DNA of 64,000 nucleotides from Octopus vulgaris (Eukaryota): NCBI GenBank assembly GCA_951406725.2, contig OX597818.1:84878001-84942000 (forward strand), read 5' to 3'. A program made the translations under genes and the position numbers. The notes beneath the pieces were generated by a model. It worked only from the letters and a program-made list of their open reading frames with translations, was not told the origin of the DNA and searched no databases. How positions within the stretch are numbered: position 1 is the first letter of the stretch; every line of letters begins with the position of its first letter. This document shows positions 41,587 to 54,802 of this stretch, in pieces.

Positions 41587-41931
41587 TTTAATACGTTATA
41601 ATATTGGCAGCTCACACACTTACTATTCGTTTTCGTTATATATCTTTGCCTATTATATCCCCTTTTAATGTTGTCACCCGGACAGAAGTGGGTACGCACA
41701 TACGAAAGCAAATCGATTCGGGATTCACACGCTTTTGTATATGTCAGACACATATATATAGTGGCCACCGTGGTTAACGGTGCTTGCTGATTTTTGGCAC
41801 AGCGACCAAGGCATCGTCTGTTCGGTTCTTGTAGTCGTAATTTCTGTGGGGGAATTGCACCATCGCCTACAGTTGGTCATCATTCGCTCTCTCTCACTCA
41901 CTCTCTCTCTCTCACTCACTCACTCACTCAC

Positions 41932-41984
<53 letters not shown>

Positions 41985-42001
41985 CTCTCTATCTCTCTAT
42001 C

Positions 42002-42044
<43 letters not shown>

Positions 42045-42755
42045 CTATCTATCGATCTCTTTCTCTTTAAATTTTTACTGCATTAAAAATGGAACAACGC
42101 GAAAGAAAAATAGATGTATATTCTTCAGATCAGCATCCCCTCTTCATAAACATCATCATCACCATCATTATCATTGACGCAAAAACTATCCTCAACTTGA
42201 TCATCAACAATATCAATATCTTCTTCCTCCCCTTTCTCCTCCTCTTCTTCTTTCTCCTCCTCCCCATCACCATCATCATAATCATCGTCATCTTCAGCTT
42301 CGTTGTCGATGTCGTTACCAACACTATCATCGGATTCATCTCATTATTATTATTATCAGGTTTACTATCGTGGCGATAATCATGCTGATGAAATCACGAT
42401 GATGAAGATGTTGATGATTCTTCTCATCATCGTCGTCGTCATCGTTGCAATCATCATCATCATCATCATCATCAAAAGCAACATCAATGTCATATTTATT
42501 CTCATAGTCGTTGTTGTTGCTACTTTTTTTGTTATTATCGTTGTTGCTGCTGTTGTTGTTGTTGTTGTTGTTGTCATCGTCGTTTTGTTGCTGTTACGAT
42601 ATATGTTGAAGCTTGTAGATTTATTTTGATAGTTTTGTTTTTTGTGTTGAGTTTGTGGTTATGTTTTAGGTTGGTTTCAATAACAAATTGAATATGAAAT
42701 TCTGAAAAAGCAAAGTACAAATAAAGAAAAAAACACTAGCAGATACGTGCATAAA

Positions 42756-42817
<62 letters not shown>

Positions 42818-43275
42818 TATACGCATAAATACACGCATAAACACAAATACCATAGACAAAAATACGCAGACATATTCCAGCATACACTGACAGATACACC
42901 CACAAAAACGCAGACTCAAACACACGAAATCGCACACACACAAAAGCATACATACATTGCATAAACATACACACACACATACAAAGACTCACACACACAT
43001 ACGTAGTCACACAAAAAGCACATATACAATATTCATACACACACAAACACAAACATACACATATAAATACATACTCACAGACATACACATGCACAAATAA
43101 GCACAAACACATAGACATACACAGAAATATAGGTACACACGGGGAGACACATTTACATGCACAAACACACGCACACAGACACATATGCACGCACAGAAAG
43201 ACACAAGCCCAAACACACATAAACATAAACAAACACACGCTCACACATGCGCGCACACACACGTACACACACGCA

Positions 43276-43314
<39 letters not shown>

Positions 43315-44094
43315 TTACGCACACTTACGGTTACATGTAACAACCTCTGTAACAAACTCTATGCATAAACAGTTGTTGATAAGCATCTAGATATTATATA
43401 TGCATATATTGATGTACAGAGATGTAGTTTTGTGCATAGAGATGAAACTATAATTGTGCTTTGCATAATTTGCATATAGATAGGTCTTTAATTGTGCATG
43501 CTAAACGCACATTTTTAACCGAATGATCTAGAACTATACGTCGATAATTAATTACACATTCTTCTTTTCCTCTTTCTCCGCCTATTTCTTTTCCTTCTTC
43601 TTTACCTCTTTATCCTCCAACTACATTTTCTTCTTTTCGTCTTTCTCCTTCTATTTCTTTTGCTTCGTCTTTTCCTCTTTCTCCTTCTACTTCTTTTTCT
43701 TCGTCTTTTACTCTTTCCACTCCTACTTGATTTTCTTCTTCTCTTCTTGTTCTTCTATTCTTTTACTACTCTTTCAGAGTTCCTTTGAGATGAAAATGTA
43801 TTTCATTCATATTTATTTTAAATTTCTCAATCTACTCAATCCAGTTCCACTCCACCTGGCTCTCCACACCCCATTCTTCCTCCTCCTCTTCGTCACGCAC
43901 ACATATTCATGTCCTCAGTATTCATCACATTTCCCACCACATCGATAAACACAGGCATACGTTCTCTTCGTCTCTTCTACCTTCTCTTCCACCACCACCC
44001 CCCGCCTTCGTTCCTTTTTGACTTACTTTTTCTTCTCCATCTCCATTTCCCTCATTATTTATATCCTACATACTCTTGGTAATCTGCTAGTAGC

Positions 44095-44127
<33 letters not shown>

Positions 44128-44634
44128 TATCATCATCATCACCAGCAGCAGCAGCACCACCGCCACTGTCACCGACATCGCCACCGCCGACACCAACATC
44201 ATCAACAAGACCGACACGACGATCACCACCATCATCATCATCATCCGCATCGTCCTCATCGTCGTCATCATCACCGTCATTATTATTATCCTGATCATTA
44301 TCCTCATCATCACCATCTTCATCATCATATTGTTTCTTGACTCTATGACACTAACTCATAGAATGAAGTAGGCTCTTAGGCTTTCATGCCTTTCCCAGGA
44401 TGTTAAAGACGAAAATAACAGGGGGTTTAAGATGGATTGGATAGGATTGTCAAAGAACTAGGCTAGTTTTTTTTCTTTATCACCAGTGCTATACTAATTC
44501 TGCCAGCCACCGATATATATGAAGAAGAAGAAGAAGAAGAACAAGAAGAAGAAAAAGAAGAAGAAGAAGAAGAAGAAGAAGAAGAAGAAGAAGAAGAAGA
44601 ACAACAACAACAACAACAACAACAACAATAATAA

Positions 44635-44834
44635 TAAGGGTAAAAGTTTGTGGGAGGGGATGAGTCGATTACATCGATCCCAGTGTTCAGCTCGTATTTA
44701 TTTTATCGATCCCGAAGGATGAAAGGCAAAGTCAACCTCGCCGGAATTTGAACCCAGAACATAGCAACGAGCGAAATACCGATAAGCATTTCGGCCAACG
44801 TGCAAAAGATTCTGCCAGCTCACCGCCTTCAATG

Positions 44835-44908
<74 letters not shown>

Positions 44909-45122
44909 TCTTTCTACTACATGCACAAGGCCTAAAATTTGCGGGGAGGGGACAACTCGATTACATCGATCCCAGTTTTTCACTGCTACTTTATTTATCG
45001 ACCCTGAAAGGATGAGAAACAAAGAGGGCCCCAGTGGAATTTGAACTCAGAACGAAAAGATGGACAAAATGCTGCTAAGCATTTCGCCTGGCGTGCTAAC
45101 GATTCTTCCAGCTCACCGCCTT
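44635..45122 (-). mobile_element. Two SINE family 1 copies separated by (AAT)n
   Basis: Copies at ~44635-44830 and ~44908-45122. Confidence 0.8.
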
Positions 45123-45147
45123 AATAATAATAGTAATAATAACAATC

Positions 45148-45383
45148 GTTCAAAATCCTTAAACAACCCTTATTCAGGGACCTTTTGAGCGAGATGGTTC
45201 ACTCGACCTGAAAAAAAATTTTAACGGGGCCCTTCCTGCAATGTCAGGCACTGTTTATCATGATGTAAGGTCACTATGTTGCACATATATGGTTGTGATG
45301 CATGTGCTTGGTGTACTCTCATCAGATATATTGAGCTCCGTATATTGTACCCCAGTGTTACTTAGATAGTATGCACTGCCCAC
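45148..45383 (+). mobile_element. 5'-truncated copy of the ~550 bp TAA-associated element
   Basis: Matches 55105-55345; flanked by AAT/AAC repeats. Confidence 0.8.
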
Positions 45384-45432
45384 AACAACAACAACAACAA
45401 CAACAATAATAATAATAATAATAATAATAATA

Positions 45433-46340
45433 ATTTCTTTTATTAGTCACAAGGGCATAGATGTGGGGGGTTATCACAAGGACAGAAAATAATTTGTATA
45501 TGGATTTACATAAAGCATAGGGAAAAAGAAATGGAAAACGCAGTGAAATGCGATGAAGGTATGCATAGTAAACAAAGTATGTGATAACATGAAAGATGCA
45601 GTTTTCTTGATACAGGAGAAACTCCAGCTAGGGCCAGTCAAAGTACCCCACAAGCCCAGGATTACTCTGACCACCAAAAGTAAGAGCCATCTCTCTTGCT
45701 CTCCAATCTACAGGCGCATACTTTGAGTAGAGCCATTCACTCGAACCATTTTTGCTACAGTCATCCTTCTTTTCACAAATTCACTGGGAGGTAGCACTCC
45801 CCTCTCCACTTTCACTCGCATTTTCAAGTGGAACTTAAAAATACCAGTAAGAGCTACACCGAAGAAGAAGGTACAGAACATCGTCTGCCTTGCCTTGTTC
45901 AAGGTGGGTAGTGTGACACTTCTCACGATGAATTCAGACGATAGTCGGATTTGTCTTCCACGTGATAACACCTGTTCGACATAACTCCACAAGTCAGCAA
46001 TACTCGGACATTGCATGAATTCATGCTGGACAGTTTCGTCACTGCACTCATCTCAGACAGTCCTGCTTCCGCGACGGCAGAGTTCAGCTGAAACTAGCAG
46101 TGCTCCTCGATAGCACTGCCAGGCCAAGAATTTCTGGAACTAATACTTGGTAGTGAAGGGCTCGTAAATCATCGGAAATAGACCAGCTAGTTTATCCTCA
46201 TAGACACTTAGAGTTTCCCCGAGAACATCAACGTTCCTTCCCACCACTAGATTTCTATATTTAGCTACTGTTGAACTTTCATCGACAATATTACCCTGAC
46301 TGATAGAGAGAAGTGAGCGCTTGACATTCTAGATGCCAGG
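45433..46340 (-). mobile_element. Decayed L1/Tx1-clade LINE 3' fragment
   Basis: Minus strand FQKFLAWQCYRGALLV, DETVQHEFMQCPSIADLWSYVEQ (zf-RVT-type C-terminal motif), then a 3' UTR ending AATAAAAGAAAT. Confidence 0.6.
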
Positions 46341-47280
46341 TGTCTAATCTTGGTCATCAATGGTTTCAATTTTTCGGGAATGAGGATAAGTTGATTACAT
46401 TGATGCCAGGGCTCAGCTAATATTTATTTTATCGACTCCGAAAACAGAAAAAGCACAGTCGACCTCTGCGGAATTTAAGCTCAGAACGTAAAGACGTAAT
46501 GACAAAATGCTGCTATGCGTATTGTCCTGCCTGCTAACGATTCTGTCATTTCGTCGCCTTAAAATTACCAAAGTCTATCAGAAAATAATTAAGAAGGTGC
46601 TTGAAACAAAATTAAATGGAGGGAATATTATTAAAGCAATAAATACAATGAGATATACCAGTATTAAGATACTTTAAATTTTGGTACTAGGTCAGCGATT
46701 TTAAGGAAGGGATATAATCAATTACGTCGACTTAAGTACTCAACTCGTACTTTATTTTATCGATTCTGAAAGGATGAAAGGCAAAGTTGACCTTGATGGC
46801 ATCTGAATTTAGAATGTTCAAAGCCAGGAAAAATGCCGCCGAGCATTTTGCCCGACGCGGTAAAGATTCCGCCTTACATATGATAACCGAGTGGATACTA
46901 AAAAAAGATTGAAAAAAAAAAATTAGAAATATCATGGTCAAACCAGGGAAATGAAAATGGCAATATTTTCTGTAGTAATTGATACATTTGGCAAAACATT
47001 TTAACTGCTACCTTTGAGGCTGAAAGATATTAGAATTGAGACACGCATCGCCGACTTGCGTCGACTTGCAGAAAAGCAACATCCTGCATCCTATAAAGAA
47101 ACCTTAGAAAGATTCTTGAGAATTAAGATGACTATCACCAAACCTCAAGACAGCAACCTTTCTGCTGGCTAATATAACATGAAATTATCATAATTATAAT
47201 TATAAGAGTTCTAGGCGCTCTACTGGTATCTGTTTTATCGACTCCGAAAGATGAAAGCAAAGCCGATCGGTGGTATTTCA

Positions 47281-47360
<80 letters not shown>

Positions 47361-50300
47361 GGGATACACCGGGGGACGTTTAAGATGTAAGAACGATAAA
47401 ACAGAGCTCTGAAATCTATCCACAAACATCGAAAACAAGGACATCGTATGGAGCCAAAGATTTACTAACAAAGGATTGGACTGTACTCGAATAAGTAATA
47501 CTCATTAAAATTTATTACTATTTTCGAAATGAAATGATGTATTTTGACTCGATATCATCTCCACCTCTAACACAACACATGTAAACATGCGTGAAACATT
47601 ACGATCCCTCAACACCAGATCATCCCCGACCCCAAACACCATGTACAAAGAAACTACGAAGAAATTAAATACCACCGATATTATTCAACCCAAGAATAAC
47701 AATCGGGTGGTACGTACTTTAAACTTACAACACAAAATATACGAAAAACTACACGTGCAAAACAATGTGACAACAGAAATGAACGGACCGGTACCCTACG
47801 AAAATGACGACCATCAAAATAATGGGCCGGACGTTGTTCCTCATGTCCCGCAAATAAAACCCAAAAGACATAAATGGACACGTGAGGAATACATTTCTAT
47901 CCTACACGCATACTTCACAGCAGTGCTCTACCCAAAAAATGAAAACACAACAACACAAACATAAAATATGGAAAGAAAATAGCATAAATATAGACTTGGA
48001 TACAGCAATGAATCCTAATGAACTAGCTAACGTACGAAGATACATTATGAACGCAAAAAAAATATCAGAAATAGGAATAGAACATCTAAAAGAAAAAATA
48101 CACCAGGAAAATGTAGATAGAAGTCACACAACAATGCCCAATAATATAAACACTGAAACAGTAAAACACGAAGACAAACGTAACATTCCCAACAAACACG
48201 ATGTAAACAAAAAACAACAAACCCAGACCGTAAGGATGCATAATAATACACAACAAACAGCAAACAAGCATATAAATAAGAAAAAAAGCGACACAAAGCT
48301 AAAACCTGGAAACAACGAAGGGGGGCCTGATGATTATGATAATATAAAAAGTAAAATAGTCAAAGAACTGAAAACCACAGAGCTCAAAATGGACCACCGA
48401 CCAAAAATCAAAATAGACGAAACAACACAATTATAAACAGCATAAACCTAGCCGTCACGGAACTAATAGCCAATGAAACAAAAAGCGATATCACTGAGCT
48501 AAATGACTTAGTATACGCAGCAGCCACTGCAGCCACAAAAGAAGCTGGATACTCACTCAAACCCATTCAAACAGGAGTACCACCACCCAAACAAACCCTG
48601 TGGATAAATAACATCCAAAACAAAATTTAAAAAATGAGAAAAGATCTGTCGATTCTTAATGAAATCAGTAGACAATCAACGCTACTGATCAATAAAAAGA
48701 AAACAAAAATACTCCGCAAATATAACATCACAGAAAAAGATTTAGCTGAGATAAAAGAAAAGCTGAAGCAAGATATCCTTGCCAAAGCACAAAGGATCCG
48801 CCGGTACGAGAAACGCCAGCGCTTCTTTGAACAAAACAAAAAGTTCAACTCCAATCCCAAAAAGTTCTACCAAGAACTTGGCAAAAATAAAATAGAAATC
48901 ACTGCAGCACCAACGGCAGAAGAAGTGGAAGAATTCTGGAGAGAAATATGGTCGGCGAACGAACAACCAAAAAAAACGGAGTATTAAAACAACAAACTCA
49001 GCATCTGAGCAACTTTGGACCCCCATAACAACTGAAGAGGTCACCCAGGCACTGCAAAGACTAAGCAGCTAGAAGGCACCTGGGCATGACAAGATCCCCA
49101 ACTTCTGGTTGAAATATCTAACAGGAATGCGCAAAAAGCTGGCTGAAAACTTTAACAACATACTAGCAGAGCCAGAGACAATGCCTGAATGGCTCACGAA
49201 GGGGAAAACCATCTTAATTCCCAAATCAAATGAGACAGCAAAACCAGAAAACTACAGACCAATAACCTGTCTCCCTACAATGTACAAGGCATTTACTGCA
49301 GTGATATCGCAAAGGTTGAACAAACACCTGGACGAAAACAACCTGTTTCCACAAGAGCAGAAAGGATGCCGCAAAGGCTCATATGGCTGTAAAGATCAAC
49401 TAATGATTAATAAAGCCATAACTGAAGACAGCCACAGAAAGAAGAAAGGCCTCAGTATGGCCTGGATCGACTACAAAAAGGCGTTTGATAGCATCCCCCA
49501 CACATGGATCCTCGAAACACTAGCCATTAACAAAGTAGCACCAACAATTATAAAATTCATTGGACACTCTATGAATAAATGGCAAACAGTGCTACAGCTA
49601 CAAACAAAAGAGGGACTCATGAAAACCAAAGCCATCCCCATTAGAAGAGGAATATTCCAGGGAGACACGCTCTCTCCACTCCTTTTCTGCTTGGCACTGT
49701 CACCTCTATCTGATATGCTAAATAGAACTGGATGCAGATATAAATGTTACGGCAAAACGATCAGCCACCTTTTATATATGGATGACCTAAAACTATACGC
49801 TGCAAATGACAAACAGCTGGAAACACTATTAAAGGCAGTTCATGGATTTACCAAAGAAATAGATATGAAATTTGAATTAGAAAAATGCGCCAAAGTAACT
49901 ATGAAAAGAGGAAAACTAGTTAAGAGTAGCAACATCACACTAGATAAAACCAATGGAATTAAAGAATTAGACCAAAGCCAAACTTACAAATACTTAGGAA
50001 TCCATGAACTAGATAAGACACAACACGCACAAATGAAAGAGAAAATAAAAAACGAATATTATAGACGAGTTAGATCAATACTAAAAACAGAGCTCAATGC
50101 TAAAAACAAGATAATAGGTATTAACACTTTAGCTCTCCCAGTTATAAGTTACAGCTACAATATCCTTAACTGGTCACTAAATGAACTGACCAAAATAGAT
50201 AGGAAAATAAGAAAAATAATGACAGGATCTAGGATGCATCACCCGAAATCTGACATAGAAAGACTATATATACAACGTATAGAAGGTGGTAGATGCCTTA

Positions 50301-51520
50301 TACAGCTGGAAAACTACTATAAAATAACCATCATAGGACTGAAAAAATATCTACTTCAGAAGGAAGGAAAACTGATACAAATAGCGGCAAAACACAAGCA
50401 AAACAAAAAGCTGTTCTCAGTATTTAAGGAAGCTGACAAATACAAACAAGAAATCATACCACCTAATAAATATGAAGAAGAAGAAGAAGAAGAAGAAGAA
50501 GAAGAAGAAGAAGAAGAAGAAGAAGAAGAAGAAGAAGAAGAAGAAGAAGAAGAAGAAGAAGAAGAAGAAGAAGAAGAAGAAACAACAAAAGCTACAAAAC
50601 AAATGAAATCCAAACTAAAAATAGAACAGCAACGAACCATGATAAAACGATGGCAAGAAAAGCCCCTTCATGGTAAATACTGGACTAAACTAAACGCAAA
50701 AGAAATAGACAAAGAAAAATCCCAGCAATGGTTGAGAAGCTCAGGACTCAAAGCAGAAACAGAGGGATTTTTAATTGCAGCACAAGACCAAAGCCTCCCC
50801 ACCAGAAATTACCAAAAACATGTAATGAAAAGAAATATAACAAGTAACTGCAGAATATGTGGAGATGGACAAGAAACAATAAATCATATTATCTATGGCT
50901 GCCCAGTCCTGGCTAAGAAGGAATATATTCACAGACATGACAGAGTTGGAACCTACATACACTGAAAGCTATGCCAACATTATGGAATAACAACAGAAAA
51001 AAGATGGTATAGGCACACACCAGAAAAGGTCACAGAAAATGAGAAAGCAACCATACTCTGGGATATGTCGATACACACAGATAGAGAAATTAAGGCCAAC
51101 CGACCAGATATAGTTGTCAGAGATCATGAAGAAAACAAATGCTTTCTAGTTGATGTATCAATACCAGCAGATGACAACGTGTCTCTAAAAGAAATGGAGA
51201 AACTTTCAAAATACAAAGACCTGGAAATAGAGGTAACCAGAATGTGGAATCTAAAAACAGAAACAATTCCTATCATAGTAGGTGCATTAGGCATGATAAA
51301 AAAATATTCAGACAAATACATAACAAAAACAACACCATGACTTACAAGCACATATAACATACAGAAAATTGCACTACTAGGCACTGCACACATCCTACGC
51401 AGAACACTTTCCATACAATAACCATCAGAGCATCACAACAAATCACAGCACATACCTAAGACACACAGAGCTGCGCTCGGTAATGAAGTGAAAGCACGGT
51501 ATAAAAATAAAACTACTGAA
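47361..51520 (+). mobile_element. Near full-length R4/Dong-clade non-LTR retrotransposon, family A (inactivated)
   Basis: Single long broken ORF from the N-terminal RHKWTREEY motif to the endonuclease; (AAT)n immediately on both sides. Confidence 0.92.
47587..51421 (+). pseudogene. RT / CCHC / restriction-like endonuclease polyprotein (disrupted)
   Basis: YRPITCLPTMYK, WIDYKKAFDS, GIFQGDTLSPLLF, YMDDLKLY, YKYLG, CRICGDGQETINHIIYGC, RHD, RPDIVV..VDVSIP..KYKDL; split by stops and frameshifts into five or more ORFs (largest 49109..50965). Confidence 0.92.
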
Positions 51521-51563
<43 letters not shown>

Positions 51564-51695
51564 GTAATGGTGATGGTGATGGTGATGGTGATGGTGATGG
51601 TGGTGGTGGTGGTGGTGGTGGTGGTGGTGGTGGTGGTGGTGGTGGTGGTGGTGGTGGTGGTGGTGATGATGATGATGATGATGATGATAATAATA

Positions 51696-52287
51696 GATGC
51701 AGAACCAGGCAGTGACTCTCATAGATTTTGATCTTAACTGATTGGAAGTCTTATAATGGACATGTTTTGTATTGATATAAAGATGGGCTACAGCAAATAT
51801 TCTGCTTAATACCACTGACTGTGCATCTCTGATCACAAACAGAAGTAGTGGGGGAGCATCATCGCCATGTGTCGAGAGGAATTCTTTGGGGTTTTAATAA
51901 TTCACTCCTGGAAACATGAGAGTTTCATTCATCATTCTTAAACAAACTTTATTCAGGAACTTTTGAGTGGGATGGCCAATACAATCTGAAGAAAATTCTA
52001 ACTGGGCCCCACCTGCAAGGTCATACGCTGTTTATATTGATGTAAGATCACCATGTTAGTTAGTTAGTTAGTTAGTTAATTTGGCTCAAAAGCAAATAGC
52101 AAGGCCATGTAGGGGGACATGGAGTTAAGTACAGGGTGGTGTTCATGTAAAGAGTTCAGGCCATGTCGCACACATATGGTGCTGATGCATGTGTGCCATT
52201 ATCAGACGGGTAGCCATGATGGGTATATTAAGTTTCGTATATTTGTACCCCAGTGTCACTTTGATGGCATGCGCTGCTCTCTCACCC
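51696..52287 (+). mobile_element. Full-length copy of the ~550 bp TAA-associated non-coding element
   Basis: Colinear with 54803-55354, same 5' start (GATGCAG-ACCAG), AAT flanks; carries an insertion at 52057-52160 and an internal deletion. Confidence 0.85.
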
Positions 52288-52361
<74 letters not shown>

Positions 52362-52400
52362 TAATAATGATAATAATGATGATGATAATAATGATTATAA

Positions 52401-52431
<31 letters not shown>

Positions 52432-52446
52432 AATAATGATAATAAT

Positions 52447-54587
52447 GATTGATTGATTGATTGATTGATTCCAGTTCCAGCCTATGAGCTGTGGCCATGC
52501 TGGGGCACCGCCATTTGGTGTTGCTACTTGGTTTCACTTCATGGAGGCTTTCTAGCAACTGCTATTTGGTGCATGAGAGAGTTCGATGCAGCTGCCCTCA
52601 TCTGCCCCTCCTGCCGTGAAGTTGGTTAATCTGGGACACCTGACAGGAAGAGATCCAGCTTCATTTTAAAGACATCTGTAACCACCCCATGCAGGTCTCT
52701 CAGGTTCTTCGGGAGGATATTGAAGAGCTGTGGGCCTCGGAAGCCCAGGCTATCACAGAATCTTGTCCTACATCTTGATGGCAGGTTTGGAGTCCTAGGC
52801 ACCACGCAGTGGCGCCCAGTTCTGGCATTTGTGTAACTCTCGATGCCAAAGTTCAGGACACTTCCCTCCAGGATCTTCCAGATGTATATTATGGCATATC
52901 TTTCCCGCCTACGCTCCAGGGAGTATAATTTTAATCTCTTGAGTCTTTCCCAGTAGCTTACATTCTGCATAGAGGCTATCTTCTTTGTGTAGCTTCGTTG
53001 GATCGCCTCAAGTTCTGTGATCAACTTGACACTGGATGGTGACCATAGCTGAGAGCAATAGTCAAAGTGGCTTAGGACAAGTGTCTTCCAGAGGACCATC
53101 ATGGTTTCTTGTTCTCTTGTTCTAAAGGTTCTAAGAATCCAGCCAGCCAGCCGTCTACATTTCACTGTCAGTTTAGCAACATGTACATGAAAGGTCGCGT
53201 CATCACTCATGTGAATACCCAGGTCATGCACTGATTGTGCCTCTGGGATTGCAATCCCTCCGGGTCCAGTGTATTCATTGGGTATTGCATTCAGTTTGCA
53301 TGCTGATAGTATAAAGCTTGAAACTTTCCAGCATTGAACTGCATGCTATTCTTTTCAGCCCACTTGTATATTTCGTCCAGCTCACATTGCAGGTTTTTAG
53401 TGTCCTCAGGGTTCTGTATTGCCTGTGAAACTTTTGTATCATCTGCATAACTTGTGATCGTGGATCTCTGCGTGGCTGAGGGCATGTCTGAGAGGGCCAT
53501 TATGAACAGTAGTGGTCCCAAAACAGTGCCCTGTGGAACACCACTCATTATTTGCGTGTTAATGGAAGTGGCCCCATTGGCTACTACCACCTGACTTCTA
53601 TTCTTCAGAAAGTCGTGAAGCCATTCTCCTAGTTTTCCAACTATGCCAAGATCACGCAGCCTGTGACATATCATTCCGTGATCGACTTTATCGAAGGCCT
53701 TTGCGAAGTCGAGATATATGACTTCCACATTTGAGTGGTTGAGCAGTTGTTTCAGCACCCAGTCATAGTGCTGCAGGAGCTGAGTTAAGCAGCTTCTTCC
53801 TGGTCGGAAACCATGTTGGGTGTCAGGCAGCAAGTCATTTTCTTCAAGGAAGGTGATTAGTTTCCTTCTGACTATTCGTTCCATGACCTTGCTGATGTGT
53901 GAGGTCAGAGAGATAGGTCTGTAGTTCTTTGCCTCCGCTCTGCTACCTCCTTTATGAATAGGGCATATTTTACCTTCCTTCAGTCCCCTTGGAAGTTTGC
54001 CAGCTGCAAGGAAGCTCTGAAAGAGGGACTGCAGTGGTCTTGCTAAGACTCTCTTACATACTTTTAGGAGGATTGCCGGGAATCCATCGGGGCCAGTAGC
54101 TGAGTCTATTTTCATTTCATCTATAGCCTTTATTACATCGTCTTCCTTTATCTCGATGTAACTTATCGTCGCCGCCTCTGATTCTATATCTGCAGTGGTA
54201 AAGAAGTCAGTTGGATTGGTGATTTGGAAATGCCCAAGGGGTGGAGTGAAAACACTCTTGAATTGTTCATTCAGTATTTCACTTACCCTCATTGGTTTTC
54301 CTGTGAGTGTGCCATCCTTTTCAAGGAGTGGCCCTATCCTACAGTGCACTGTAGCCGTTTCTTTGGCATACCTGTAGAAAGCTCTGGGGTTAGTTTTTAT
54401 GTTGTCTATAGCCCAGGCTTCTTTGTCTGCTCTTTCCTTCTCATGGGAAAGTTGCAGACAATTTTCAATTTCCAACAGTTTTATTTTCAGGCGGGACTTT
54501 TCACTACTTTCAATTTGTTTGTTTAGGCGATTTGAAATTTTTGTTTAGGCGATTTGAAATTTTTGTTTAGGCGATTTGAAATTTTTG
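52447..54587 (-). mobile_element. 5'-truncated CR1/L2-group LINE with (AATC)n tail
   Basis: RT ORFs 53291..54475 and 52626..53231; short 3' UTR and tetranucleotide tail. Confidence 0.9.
52626..54475 (-). pseudogene. CR1-group ORF2 reverse transcriptase (one frameshift near 53300, N-terminally truncated)
   Basis: YRPISLTSHISKVMERIV, QHGFRPGRSCLTQLL, YLDFAKAFDKVDH, SGVPQGTVLGPLLF, YADDTK, DLGI, YSLERRRER. Confidence 0.9.
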
Positions 54588-54590
54588 ATG

Positions 54591-54705
<115 letters not shown>

Positions 54706-54744
54706 TAATAATGATAATAATGATGATGATAATAATGATAATAA

Positions 54745-54776
<32 letters not shown>

Positions 54777-54802
54777 ATAATAATGATAATAATAATAATA
54801 AT

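Noticed and set aside
47361-47586. Possible HDV-like ribozyme at the 5' end of Dong A (also sought at the start of the 550 bp element)
   Set aside because: Could not build the P1/P1.1/P2/P3 nested pseudoknot by eye; needs an RNAMotif or Infernal search
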